Positions 1-10,115 of a DNA stretch of 48,512 nucleotides are shown one piece after another (positions within the stretch are counted from its first letter, which is position 1; every line of letters starts with the position of its first letter). The notes beneath the pieces were generated by a model, which saw only the letters and a list, made by a program, of their open reading frames with translations, was not told the origin of the DNA and did no database searches. Position numbers and translations under genes: made by a program. The DNA is taken from NCBI RefSeq assembly GCF_001194135.2, contig NC_068982.1, positions 165,937,878-165,986,389 on the forward strand. The letters run 5' to 3'. The DNA comes from Octopus bimaculoides (Eukaryota).

Positions 1-286
1 CTGCCAAAACATTTGAGAGACATGCAAGACATGGATGCGGAGGTCTTCAAGACAAAACTTGACGCTTTCCTCTCCACGATACCAGACGAACCAATGGCTC
101 GTAATGAGACGCAGTTTAGGGCAGATGTGTCAAATTCTCTTATACATCAAATGTGCCATCAAAACTCTTGATTGGACCATGTCAAGTGGGGGAGAAGAGC
201 CATGCAAGGAACGTGAAAATCACGGTGGTGCACCAGCATGACCGCAGCCACTTGGCTGAAACACATAAATAAATAAATAAATAAAA

Positions 287-295
<9 letters not shown>
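1..295 (+). mobile_element. 3' end of CR1/L2-type non-LTR retrotransposon (ORF2 C-terminus, 3' UTR, (TAAA)n/A tail)
   Basis: Frame 1 reads LPKHLRDMQDMDAEVFKTKLDAFLSTIPDEP...RADVSNSLIHQMCHQNS* (stop 169-171), the LP..LR....FK..LD.FL..(V/I)PD.P C-terminal motif of CR1/L2-group ORF2. It is homologous to 37080-37260 (-) and 18185-18370 (-). Ends GGTGGTGCACCAGCATGACCGCAGCCACTTGGCTGAAAC followed by (TAAA)n. Confidence 0.85.
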
Positions 296-324
<29 letters not shown>

Positions 325-326
<2 letters not shown>

Positions 327-480
327 TTCCTCCGTCTTCCTTTCTATTGGACTTTCTTTTGTGTCTGAAGAAGTGCGTTGCTCAAAATGTTAAACTATCT
401 TTCTTTCCTTCTCTGAGCGTCTACTAACACATTACATGTACCGCGTTCTCGCGTTGTTGTTTTTTATGTTTGTTCTATGC
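325..480 (+). mobile_element. Putative Penelope-like element terminal repeat with decayed hammerhead-like core
   Basis: 361-395 GTGT-CTGAAGA-A-GTGC-GTT-GCTC-AAAA-TGT-T-AAAC fits the CTGANGA-A-stemII-GAAACGT pattern of PLE termini. Downstream CTGAGCGT..ACTAACAC is echoed at 39432-39453. The PLE assignment is inference. Confidence 0.45.
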
Positions 481-589
481 CTGTAAAATTTATTCCAAAA
501 TTTGGAAGTATCAACAAAATAATATCAATCAAGCACTGGTGAAGTAATTGGAAATCCGTGGTCATGGACTGATCTTAGAAATCTTTCTT

Positions 590-745
590 ATAATTTTAAA
601 GCGTTGGATGAAAGAAACAGTACAGGTAAACTGGGGTATCACGTATTTGTGAAATTTAGTCATGAACTCTTTCTGTGATCAAGCTTAGCTGACATCGACT
701 TTGTCTTTTATCCTCCCTAGATTAGGAAAATAAGAAACAATGCTA
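590..745 (+). mobile_element. Old, highly diverged tRNA-headed SINE (family A/B)
   Basis: GACATCGACTTTGTCTTTTATCCTCC...AAAATAAG resembles the SINE core GAGGTCGACTTTGCCTTTCATCCTTT...AAATAAG seen at 5770-5815. Confidence 0.4.
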
Positions 746-1337
746 GACCGGGAAGTTGTGGGAGTTATGGAAAATCACAGATTTGGTTTGTGTTTTGGCT
801 GCAACCAGCAAGATTTAAATATTTTATCAATGTATACCTCGTCTGGCAATGACAGAATAACAATCTATCTAGCGAACCATATAAAACCACAATCCAAGGA
901 AACTATTCATGTTCTGCGTCGGCAAAACTCTTTTAATAATGTTAGAACTCTCGTCTCCCAACGGCATACGAACTTCTTCGCATTTAAGACCTTTACTATA
1001 GAACTTTATCATATTACTTTATTATACAGAATTTTATTATATGCCAAGGAGTGCGGCGGCTTATCAACTTCACCTTAAACCAAGCTATGTAGTACGATGT
1101 AATATTTATATAATTTAATTACAATCCGTTTCAGTAAGCAATACTAGTATATTTACTTATTGAACGTTCCCATCTCTATAAATCCTCTTCAAAGAGGTAG
1201 TTACTTTTTTTTCTTTTTTGACAAAGAATGCAATTACATTTTTTTTTTCATCAGACATTAATTCGGAATTTCTCTATATTCTATATTTAATTCTATATAT
1301 GATTATTTTCACTTTGTGTGTTTATTTTTGTATGTAT

Positions 1338-1344
1338 ACACACA

Positions 1345-1378
<34 letters not shown>

Positions 1379-1650
1379 GATATGTAGAGAGGCACAGGGA
1401 GAGAAGGAGAAAGACGGGTTGAAAGAGAGAGCGGGGTTGCAAGCAGAATGTCTGTGATAGACAGATAATATATAAATATAATTACACCTGTTTATGTTCA
1501 TTCACTTCAGTTGTTTACTTTTAGAAGTTGTTTGCATACTGAAAAAAAATTAATTGATATAACACACACACAGACACATACACTTCCGTGCATAGACGCA
1601 CACATATTTATAGACTTATATACATATATTTTCATACGCACATACAATTG

Positions 1651-1705
<55 letters not shown>

Positions 1706-1783
1706 ACATACATGCTTCTATGTATATACAGTTTTGTAAATGTATGTACATGTAGATATAATTATATGAAAATAATTTTGGAC

Positions 1784-1835
<52 letters not shown>

Positions 1836-1929
1836 GTTTTATGTATCTACGTCATTTCTAATGACGTATTACGCAGTTTATTAAGTACATGCATTGTCGA
1901 ACATATATGTTGGCATCTGTAGCGCAAGT

Positions 1930-1987
<58 letters not shown>

Positions 1988-2053
1988 GTGCGCGCACGCG
2001 TTGTTTGTGTGTAAGAGTTGTATCTATTTATGAATATATATATTTATATATTA

Positions 2054-2104
<51 letters not shown>
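1338..2104. repeat. Microsatellite cluster: three (CA)n tracts, one (GT)n, (TA)n
   Basis: Directly visible: (CA)n ~1338-1378, 1665-1702, 1785-1818; (GT)n ~1933-1982; (TA)n ~2057-2104. Confidence 0.97.
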
Positions 2105-2106
<2 letters not shown>

Positions 2107-2559
2107 GAACGTGTATGTAAATGGAAAATATAACCTGTTGTATGTTTACAAAAATTGCACGTGTCATTCGGTGCATATACCTTACATAAAAAAATAATTG
2201 AATCTATACAAGTTTGCGTTTACAGGATATAACTTTAAAATTATTTACCTTTTTAAACTTATTTATTATGCGTCGAACTAAGTAATTTCTTGAGAGCAGT
2301 GATCTAGATCCAGCATCGAAAGCACTAACGGATGCTACGTAAAGTGAGTATGATGTTCGCTGCGGTTGTTATCTCTCTTCTTGACATTTCAGGTTTCATA
2401 CTATACAAAAATTCTCCGCTGGTGTTTGAAAAAGTACGTATCATTTTCATATAGAATTGATTAATAATACAGACAACAGTGAGCTGTTTAATGTTATTTA
2501 AATTAAATGTTCTTATTTCAGAATTAATTTGAAGTACGTAATATAGCACGTTATACATT

Positions 2560-2592
2560 AATATTCTTTCCTACTCCAGGCACAAGGCCCGA
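2560..2592 (-). mobile_element. Isolated 3' tail fragment of SINE family B
   Basis: Reverse complement GGGCCTTGTGCCTGGAGTAGGAAAGAATATTA matches the tail CAGGCCTTGTGCCTATAGTACAAAGGATCATTA at 9635-9667. Confidence 0.5.
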
Positions 2593-3309
2593 GTTAGACA
2601 TTAATATTAAACAAATACGTGGTTTATTTTCATGTTTAAAAATATTTCACAGATAATTAATGCATAGTAAATAAAATATGTGTCATCAGCAAGATTTAAT
2701 TAATTGAACTTTTTGCTCTTGCCGAAGATTGTATGAAACTAAAAACCCACAAATTAACAAGGCCTTCGGGAAGTAACATGCGATTAGTTGAACATACGTT
2801 AATTAATGATTTGCATTACAGTACTAACTCGTAAGTCACCAACAGTAAGATGTGTTACACCGCATCTTGTTTTCTCCAGAGAATTAGCTTTTAAATTTTC
2901 GGAGAAAAAGCACAACTTACGGTAATTTTGTGGAGAATTCAATTAAAACCAGGTGTATTAGTGCAACGTTCGCTATAAGAGTACTTTGTAACAATTATAA
3001 TGAAATGATACACAAACATGTTTCACTGAAGGGAAAGAATTCATTTGAGTCAGTATGGAATGAAGTCACATGTTTTCCTAATATATCAACTTTACTCATG
3101 TATAGAAAATAATTTTAAAGTTTACCATGCTACTTTATGATAGATTATGTATTGTTTTATCCATGTCTATAATATGTAATTATGTTGGAGATCAATTCAA
3201 TTCGGTTTGAGTAAGGTATCTCGTTTTTCCTGTTTGATACATAAGTTTAGCGCGTAGCCTTGGTTGGTTAAATTTGATAAAAGAAGTAAGAGGAGCAGAC
3301 AATAAGATA

Positions 3310-3500
3310 ACTTATTTCTAATATGAGCACAAGAACTAAAATTGGGATGTTGTTGATTTTATAGACCCCAGTGGTTAGTTTGTTGGTTGGTACTTTATTT
3401 TACTGACACCGGAAGGAGTAAGCGAAAGTTGACCTCGGTCAGATTTGAAATCAGAACGTAAAGAACTGCAACGGATACTGCAAAGCATTTTGTCTAGCAC
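3310..3500 (-). mobile_element. Diverged SINE (family B-type tail)
   Basis: GCACAAG...GACCCCAGT...TGGTACTTTATTTTACTGACACCGGAAGG...AAAGTTGACCTCGG..GATTTGAAATCAGAACGTAAAG is collinear with the reverse complement of the 5680-5912 core. Confidence 0.65.
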
Positions 3501-4300
3501 ATAAGTCGGTGGTTCTTTATGACAGATAAAAGTAAGAAAACTAATAATTAAACAATGAAACAACCAAAATATTAAAAGTAATATATTCTAAATTCTATGT
3601 TTTACATGAATAAAAATTAATCCAGCTACTGGAATAATTATGCAGTTACCTGTTACATTAATATAAGCAGAAAAATTCGATTGAAGCCCGAAAGATAATA
3701 GCAATTAAATCTGTCAAAGCTAAAGAATAACAATCAGCGGTGAGGCCATTAAAATGAAGACAACTGAAAGAGAAGATGATTTTTCATCAGAATAGATAAG
3801 TTAGTATTGTCAAATAAGTGGGTATTGTTGTGTAAACTGAGAAGAGAAATTGAAATTTCAAACACGTGTTATACGACACTTCCGTTTGTCAAGCCTTATT
3901 TTGTCGTGTGTTGTCACCGTGCACCACGAGTATTACGGTTTTCGTAGACCTAAAGAGAATTGATTTATTTTCAGTCATAGAATTTCCTCATCAAGCACAA
4001 CTTATTTTTTTCTGAACTGTGCAACTTGAGTTTACCGTCTTTCCTTTCCCTCTTCTTGTTCTTTATTCTCTTCTTATACGCTTATTACATTTATTTAATG
4101 CTCCCATCTCCAATCCCTGTCTTCCACTTTCAATTCTTCACACATTGGTTTTCTTTTACTCGATATATAACACGAGCCATTTTTTTCTACTTTTAACGCT
4201 CACTTGATTTATTTTTCTCTCTGTTCACTCGTATTCATCTCGTTTCCAGGTTATTTGCTCACTACATTGCTTCCTCCTACTCCACTACCTCTAAAATATT

Positions 4301-4523
4301 TATTTTTTTATTGCCCACAGGGGTGGGGTAAACATAGAGGGGACAAACAAGGACAGACAAAGGAATTAAGTCGATTACATCGACCCCAGTGCGTAACTGG
4401 TACTTATTTGATCGACCCCGAAAGGATGAAAGGCAAAGTCGACCTTGGCGGAATTTGAACTCAGAACGAAATACCACTAAGCATTTCGCCCGGCGTGCTA
4501 ACGATTTTGCTAGCTCACCGCCT
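4301..4523 (-). mobile_element. tRNA-derived SINE, family A, with target-site duplication
   Basis: Reverse complement of the 5680-5912 element, with a 12-nt internal deletion between ACG repeats. Direct repeat CTAAAATATT at 4291-4300 and 4524-4533 (extends to CCTCTAAAATATT). Confidence 0.92.
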
Positions 4524-5679
4524 CTAAAATATTGTAGGCTCAAATTAAATCCATGTCTGAAATAATAAATTACACATCTGCTCACGGCACGAATAGACGT
4601 TTTATAAACTTAAACATTTTTTTTTTTTTGCCGATTTTGTGAATTTTGGCGCTTAACTATATATTTCTTCATTTCCGCATTACAATATGGCGTTGATGGA
4701 TATTGACATTGAATTGGAATCATTTCTTAGATTCAGGATAACACTTTAAACATTTTGGATTCAAATTTTGATTCTTCAACACACACATGTCTATAAATGT
4801 CAAAAATGTATGAATCCCATCTATATATCGTTTTCTGATAAACCTGGACCTAATATTATTAACAAGCGAAATAAATTCATATGTTTTATAAAACTGTTTA
4901 TCACATTTCTTATGCTAAGTTCAAAAACTGACCTCATCAGAGACTAAAGTCTGACTTTTAAATCAGTGTATCTGCTGACTTGAAAACGCATGATTCTAAT
5001 AGGATGTGATTGTAACAGACCTATCTGTAGCTAATAATAAATGGAGAATCACGGATTATTGATTAGAAAAATAATGAAGACTTGCAGATTATTGATTAGA
5101 TGTTTTCTTTTATAGACATAGATCTTCCGAATCTTGTACAAATAATACATTAAAATTTCCATCAATGAGATTCATTGCATTTTTGTTAACAAATGCTAGA
5201 AAACAAACGTGAAATTCCAGAATGGTTTGGTGAAAAAAAAACAGTAAAAGTCGACAGAGTCTGATTCTGTTACACACGAAATTCGTGTTAAATGCGGAAA
5301 ATTTGTATTTGTGTTGTGCTTTTATTTGTCGTTTATGGAAACATAAGGAAAATCTCAAATTTCTTATATGTTTGAAACCGAAGAGGAGGGCCAGGTACCA
5401 TAGTTTACAAAACCTTATTCGCTAGTGTACTGGAAGCAATTGGCTGTCAAACATGAGCTTCTATGATTCTGTAATGGAAATGTGAGAAGAGAGAGAATTC
5501 TAATTCGTTGCATTTATGAAGAAGAGGAAATGGTATGAAGCATTTAATGCCATGTCTGTGGGTTTACAAGGAATGAATGATGAAAGAAGAGACAAACACA
5601 TGAAGAGTGGTACATAGTTTAATTATTAGAACACGAAATGGGACCAAGTGTAAAGCGTCACTAATATATGGTGCAATTG

Positions 5680-5912
5680 AGGGCGATGAGCTGGCAGAAT
5701 CGTTAGCACGCCGGGCGAAATGCTTAGCGGTATTTCGTCTGCCGTTACGTTCTGAGTTCAAATTCCGCCGAGGTCGACTTTGCCTTTCCTCCTTTGGAGT
5801 TGATTAAATAAGTACCAGTTACACACTGGGGTCAATGTAGTCGACTTAATCTCTTTGCTTGTCCTTGTTTTTTCCCCTCTATGTTTAACTCCGTGTGAGC
5901 AATAAAGGAATA
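5680..5912 (+). mobile_element. tRNA-derived SINE, family A, full length with 17-bp TSD
   Basis: Box A-like TGGCAGAATCG, box B GAGTTCAAATTCC, internal hairpin CGAAATGC/GTATTTCG, tail CCCCTCTATGTTTAAC..GCAATAAAGGAATA. TSD AATATATGGTGCAATTG at 5663-5679 and 5913-5929. Confidence 0.95.
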
Positions 5913-6508
5913 AATATATGGTGCAATTGTTCTCTATATAAGACCAATAATTGTTCAAATCTTATTAGATTCAAACCTTAATAAGAGAGTGAATCCAACA
6001 AAAACAAAAAGCGATTTTGTCTTAAGAACTGTTTTAATAAAACATCATATATCTATAGATATATAAATTGTCAGTAGTTCACATATCCGAAAATATTATT
6101 TTAAGCATTAGAGCACTAATAATTGATTTAGGAAGTTAAAAGTCATATTGTAACCATTGGATGCGCCTTCAGCCACTTGTGTCTGACAAGTTACCTGTTC
6201 TGCTAAGCGCTTTAGAGGTGCGATATCAAAGACCACTCTATGACAGACATAAATTGTAACTTCCTAATATATATANNNNNNNNNNATATTTAATTGTTTA
6301 TGTTATGATTTTATTTACTCCATGTACCCAGACTTTGTGAACACCCTGTGTATATATATATAAAACCATTATAGACATTTTGAGTGCTTTATTTTAAGGA
6401 GGTTATATCATGTTCCCCTAAACAGGTAGCAGGAACTATTTGTACACATTGATAAATATGTAAACGCATATATGATCATACATACAGTATGTGTGTGTAT
6501 GTGTGTGC

Positions 6509-6543
<35 letters not shown>

Positions 6544-7103
6544 ATGTATATATGTTATAGCTTGTGAACTGCTACAGCAGAGTAAAATTACTTAACCTAG
6601 CGAAGACCTCTACCTGTTTTGCTTTATTAACAGAATATTCTATTATCAAACCTATATGTATTTCAAACTGTACATGTCATATTTCACAAAGCTTCACCCT
6701 CCAAATTCCATGAGCTTCGAAAGATTGTCTACTTTGTTGGCATTGAAGAGTTTCAAATTGCTTATGTTGGCGTAAGTTCAAGCGTGACTTTCTCAGAAGT
6801 GCACTTGCTGTGTCTATGATCTTATTATAACTGTCAATTCCACTTACCTTTTGATCTGCAGGCCCCGAGGCATCACTGGAGATCTTCTTCCTTGATAGTT
6901 ATTTCTTCGCAATTACATTCTCTCCAACTATTTACAATTCGATTAACTTTTAATATATGTCACTCATGTAGCTTCGTAGCTTTCATTATTCGAATAGAAA
7001 TGAAGGAAACTTTCTTGTAAATTTAATTCTTCAAAGATAGAAATTGTATTGAAATATGTTTAAGTAATTTTCTATTAAAACGCTCTGACATGGCAACTGA
7101 TTG

Positions 7104-7153
7104 CACACACACCCACCCACACACACACATACACAAGTACACACACATACCCA

Positions 7154-7234
<81 letters not shown>

Positions 7235-7236
7235 AA
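7104..7236. repeat. Compound (CA)n-(TA)n-(GA)n microsatellite
   Basis: Directly visible. Confidence 0.97.
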
Positions 7237-7704
7237 GACATACATTCATGTATGTTTTAGTGTCAGAAACATTTTTCTCATTTTAGAAAATGATATTAAT
7301 TGAATGAGATAAGACAATGTAATTAAGATATTTTCAGATAATAATTAAACAATAAACATCACTGGAAAAATATTGTTCGATATTTAGCAGATGGTAAAAA
7401 TGGATTCATATTTAAAGAGAAATTTTAAAAGTCTAAATTAATAATCCATATATTAATTAAAATCTGAAACCTTTAAGGGCTTCGTAATCAACAATTAAGT
7501 TTTATGATGATAACGTCACAAGTATGATTATATTTATTCAACGTTTCTAGGTCGAGTAGATAAAATTTCAAGCATTCCTTGTACTTCAGTAATTCATTAT
7601 AACCTCATTTATATTTTTGTTTTTTCTGTAATCTTTTTCTGTATATACCTTGATGATAATTGCCTTCAACCACTTATGGCAATTATCCCTCACGTTATTG
7701 CTAT

Positions 7705-7900
7705 TGGCAGTGATTGGTAGAATTGTTATAACGTCAGACTAACTTTCATTACTTATGAATCTCAAAAGTGTAAGTTCAAATTCAGCTAAAATCAACTTTA
7801 TTTTTCATCCTCTCGGGTTCTATAAGCTAAAGTATACGGCAAGTACTGGGTTCGATATTATGGACTAACTCCCTCCCTTCAAAACCGCTGACTTGGTAAG
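7705..7900 (+). mobile_element. Old diverged SINE (family A/B)
   Basis: TGGTAGAATTGTTATAACG (box A-like), AAGTTCAAATTCAGC (box B), ATCAACTTTATTTTTCATCCTCTCGGG, AGTACTGGGTTCGATATTATGGACTAACTCCCTCCC, all in the expected order. Confidence 0.55.
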
Positions 7901-8769
7901 ATTTTGTTATCGTTCCACGGTCAAAATTCTTTCTTTTCTTTACTCATTCTGTCTACGATTTTTTTTTTGTTTTGAACACATATATGTTTACCATCGTTTT
8001 CGCAATGTATTAGATCAATTAATTGCTGAGTTATTTTGTTTTAAAATTTTAAGTAATTTCTCTTGTTCTTTCCCCAATCTCCTACTATCATTCTATTTTC
8101 TCAGTCTCTGGCATATATTCGCTGGCTTTTCTGGAAACAAAAAGCACTTGCTATATTTATTCAAATTGTAGTTATTTTTATTCAATTCCCTTAATTCTTT
8201 ACTGGATATTTTTGAAATCCTACAAAATATTTAATAATATTCTACTTATAAAACACCTCCATCTCCTTAAGCCTGTGATAAATACAATCTTTTAGTGCCG
8301 AATTTTCGGCGATCTTTTTTAATACAGTTATTTAATGCAGTTATTAATACAGCTATTAAAAAAAACATGCATTTGAATACAAATAAGTCTAATTTACTTA
8401 TAAATATGACTTATTACTCGGACAGCGAAAGTATTGTCGTCTATTATTGTTTATTTAGGTCTATTTTCTAAGTTTAAAGTAAATGTGTCTATCATTTTAC
8501 TTCCTTACAATCGCTTTCAATTCTGTGTGTGTGTGTTTTACACAGAATAGTTCATTAATTCTTTGGTATACGTTTATATTTGGTTAAACATAACATTAGT
8601 GATTTTACTTAATTTTTCTCTCTTTAAGATTGCCTTGGAGTATTTTTCAATTTCAAATAAAAATTCCTTGTAAACTGGTACAGTCTGCAGTTGTAGCTCT
8701 AGTTGTTTTTTTTTTTTTATGCACCTTCAACTTACCTATTTATAAATGATGGTTGTTTGTAGACTCATA

Positions 8770-9390
8770 ATATTCGTATCCGAGTCCAGTCTATTTTAAC
8801 ATGTTGGTCTTCTACTACAACAATGTCTGGTTTCCGAGCATCAAATACGGAGTCACAATGGATAAAAAAAATCCCACAAGATTATATTCATTATTCTCAA
8901 TGACACCTTTTTGTTCATGTTCGTACAATTTCTGTGTTTTCCAAGACCGTACTAGGATCTTCATGAATGATCCCAGTGGATCATTCTTGCCACATTGTCA
9001 TGGCGCCTTTTGTATTCGCGTTGTGCCAATTTCAGGCATTCGCTAACGATGTACCATACCGTTTCACCCCTCTCATCACACATTCTGCATTTGTCGCTGT
9101 CGGTCGTGTTGTCTATTCTGCACTTATCATAGTTGGTCCTTAACGCTCGTTCTTAAACTGAGCATATGAGTGCTTCTGTTTCTATTTCCAGGTTACTCCT
9201 CCTCATCCATAGCCACTGGCCCTCTGTATCTGTCATCGCGTTCACATCTCTTGCAAACTGACTATACATCGTTTTTTCTTTCCATGCTTTTTCTTCTTTT
9301 GGTGTTCATTTTTTTTCATTACACAATTTTCAGTTTTGATGACGCCGGCCTTCTTTGTATGTTTTAACAATGGCTCTATAGCATTTTTTA
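8770..9390 (-). mobile_element. R4/Dong-clade (RLE-type) non-LTR retrotransposon remnant: post-RT, CCHC knuckle, start of RLE
   Basis: Minus-strand translation with stops and frameshifts: AWKEKTMYSQFAR...WLWMRRSNLEIETEALIC..ERALRTNYDKCRIDNTTDSDKCRMCDERGETVWYIVSECLKLAQREYKRRHDNVARMIHW...ILWDF.IHCDSVFDARKPDIVVV. This carries the CxxC..ET..H(Y)I...C knuckle, RHD and R.PD motifs. Confidence 0.87.
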
Positions 9391-9418
9391 TATACCATCC
9401 TAAGCTGTTCTCCTCTAC

Positions 9419-9517
9419 TTAAGTACCAGTTGAATACTGGTGTCGAGGTAATCGACTAGTCCGCTCCTCCAAAATTACAACCCTTGTGACAAAATTTGAA
9501 GCCATTATTATTATTAC
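9419..9517 (+). mobile_element. SINE family B, 3' half with (ATT)n tail
   Basis: TTAAGTACCAGTTGAATACTGGTGTCGAGGTAATCGACTAG..CCAAAATTACAACCCTTGTGACAAAATTTGAAGCCATTATTATT. Confidence 0.8.
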
Positions 9518-9522
9518 TTAGT

Positions 9523-9661
9523 AAGGCAGCGGGCTGACAGAATCGTTAGCACGCCGGGCATCATCTTTTCGGAGTCGAGAAATTAAGTACCAGATGAAGA
9601 CTGGGCTCGATGTAATCGACTAGTTCCCACGTTTCAGGCCTTGTGCCTATAGTACAAAGGA

Positions 9662-9706
<45 letters not shown>
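9523..9706 (+). mobile_element. SINE family B with internal deletion and (ATT)n tail
   Basis: Head AAGGCAGCGGGCTGACAGAATCGTTAGCACGCCGGGCA is joined directly to TCATCTTTTCGGAGTCGA (box B region lost). Tail CAGGCCTTGTGCCTATAGTACAAAGGATC(ATT)n. Confidence 0.82.
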
Positions 9707-9754
<48 letters not shown>

Positions 9755-9758
9755 TTAT

Positions 9759-9837
9759 GGCGGCGAGCTGGCAGAATCGTTAGCACGCCGGGCGAAATAC
9801 TCAGTGGTATTTCGTCTGTCGCTACGTCCTGAGTTCA
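9759..9837 (+). mobile_element. SINE head only, truncated in box B
   Basis: GGCGGCGAGCTGGCAGAATCGTTAGCACGCCGGGCGAAATACTCAGTGGTATTTCGTCTGTCGCTACGTCCTGAGTTCA, followed by (CTA)n. Confidence 0.85.
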
Positions 9838-9861
9838 CACTACTACCACTACTACTACTAA

Positions 9862-9893
<32 letters not shown>

Positions 9894-9905
9894 CTTCTTC
9901 TAGTT

Positions 9906-10115
9906 AGGGTGTTGAGCTGACAGAATCATTAGTGCCTTACAATAATTCTTCCGGTTTTCACATTCTGAGTTCGAATCCCACCTACATCAACTTTGCTTTT
10001 CGGGACACATAAAGTACCAATCTGTTATTGCAGTCGATTGAACTGACAAACCCCTTCCATCCAAACTGGAGGCCTTTAACCTATAAAAGAAAGAAAGACT
10101 CATTATTATTATCAC
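9906..10115 (+). mobile_element. Diverged SINE family B with (ATT)n-like tail
   Basis: GAGCTGACAGAATCATTAG, CTGAGTTCGAATCCCACC, ATCAACTTTGCTTTTCGGG, AAAGTACCA, GGCCTTTAACCTATAAAAGAAAGAAAGACTCATTATTATT. Confidence 0.7.

Noticed and set aside
740-1078. 112-aa ORF
   Set aside because: No recognisable motif; it starts inside an old SINE remnant; length is compatible with chance.
1218-2133. ORFs rich in HT, CV, YI, plus poly-I/N/Y ORFs elsewhere (e.g. 39447-39900, 42128-42529)
   Set aside because: They are translations of (CA)n, (TA)n and (AAT)n microsatellites, which lack stops in several frames.
2393-2921. Two small AG..GT-bounded segments (2393-2433, 2880-2921) that could splice to VSYYTKILRWCLKKELAFKFSEKKHNL
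   Set aside because: Donors are moderate, the peptide is unrecognisable, and such pairs are expected by chance in 48 kb of AT-rich DNA.
5684-5770. tRNA-like fold with box A and box B
   Set aside because: It is the head of a multicopy SINE followed by body, tail and TSD; no canonical cloverleaf or anticodon arm.
9419-10115. Repeat-spacer-like alternation suggestive of CRISPR
   Set aside because: Units are long, unequal SINE fragments with microsatellite linkers in a eukaryotic context; no cas genes.
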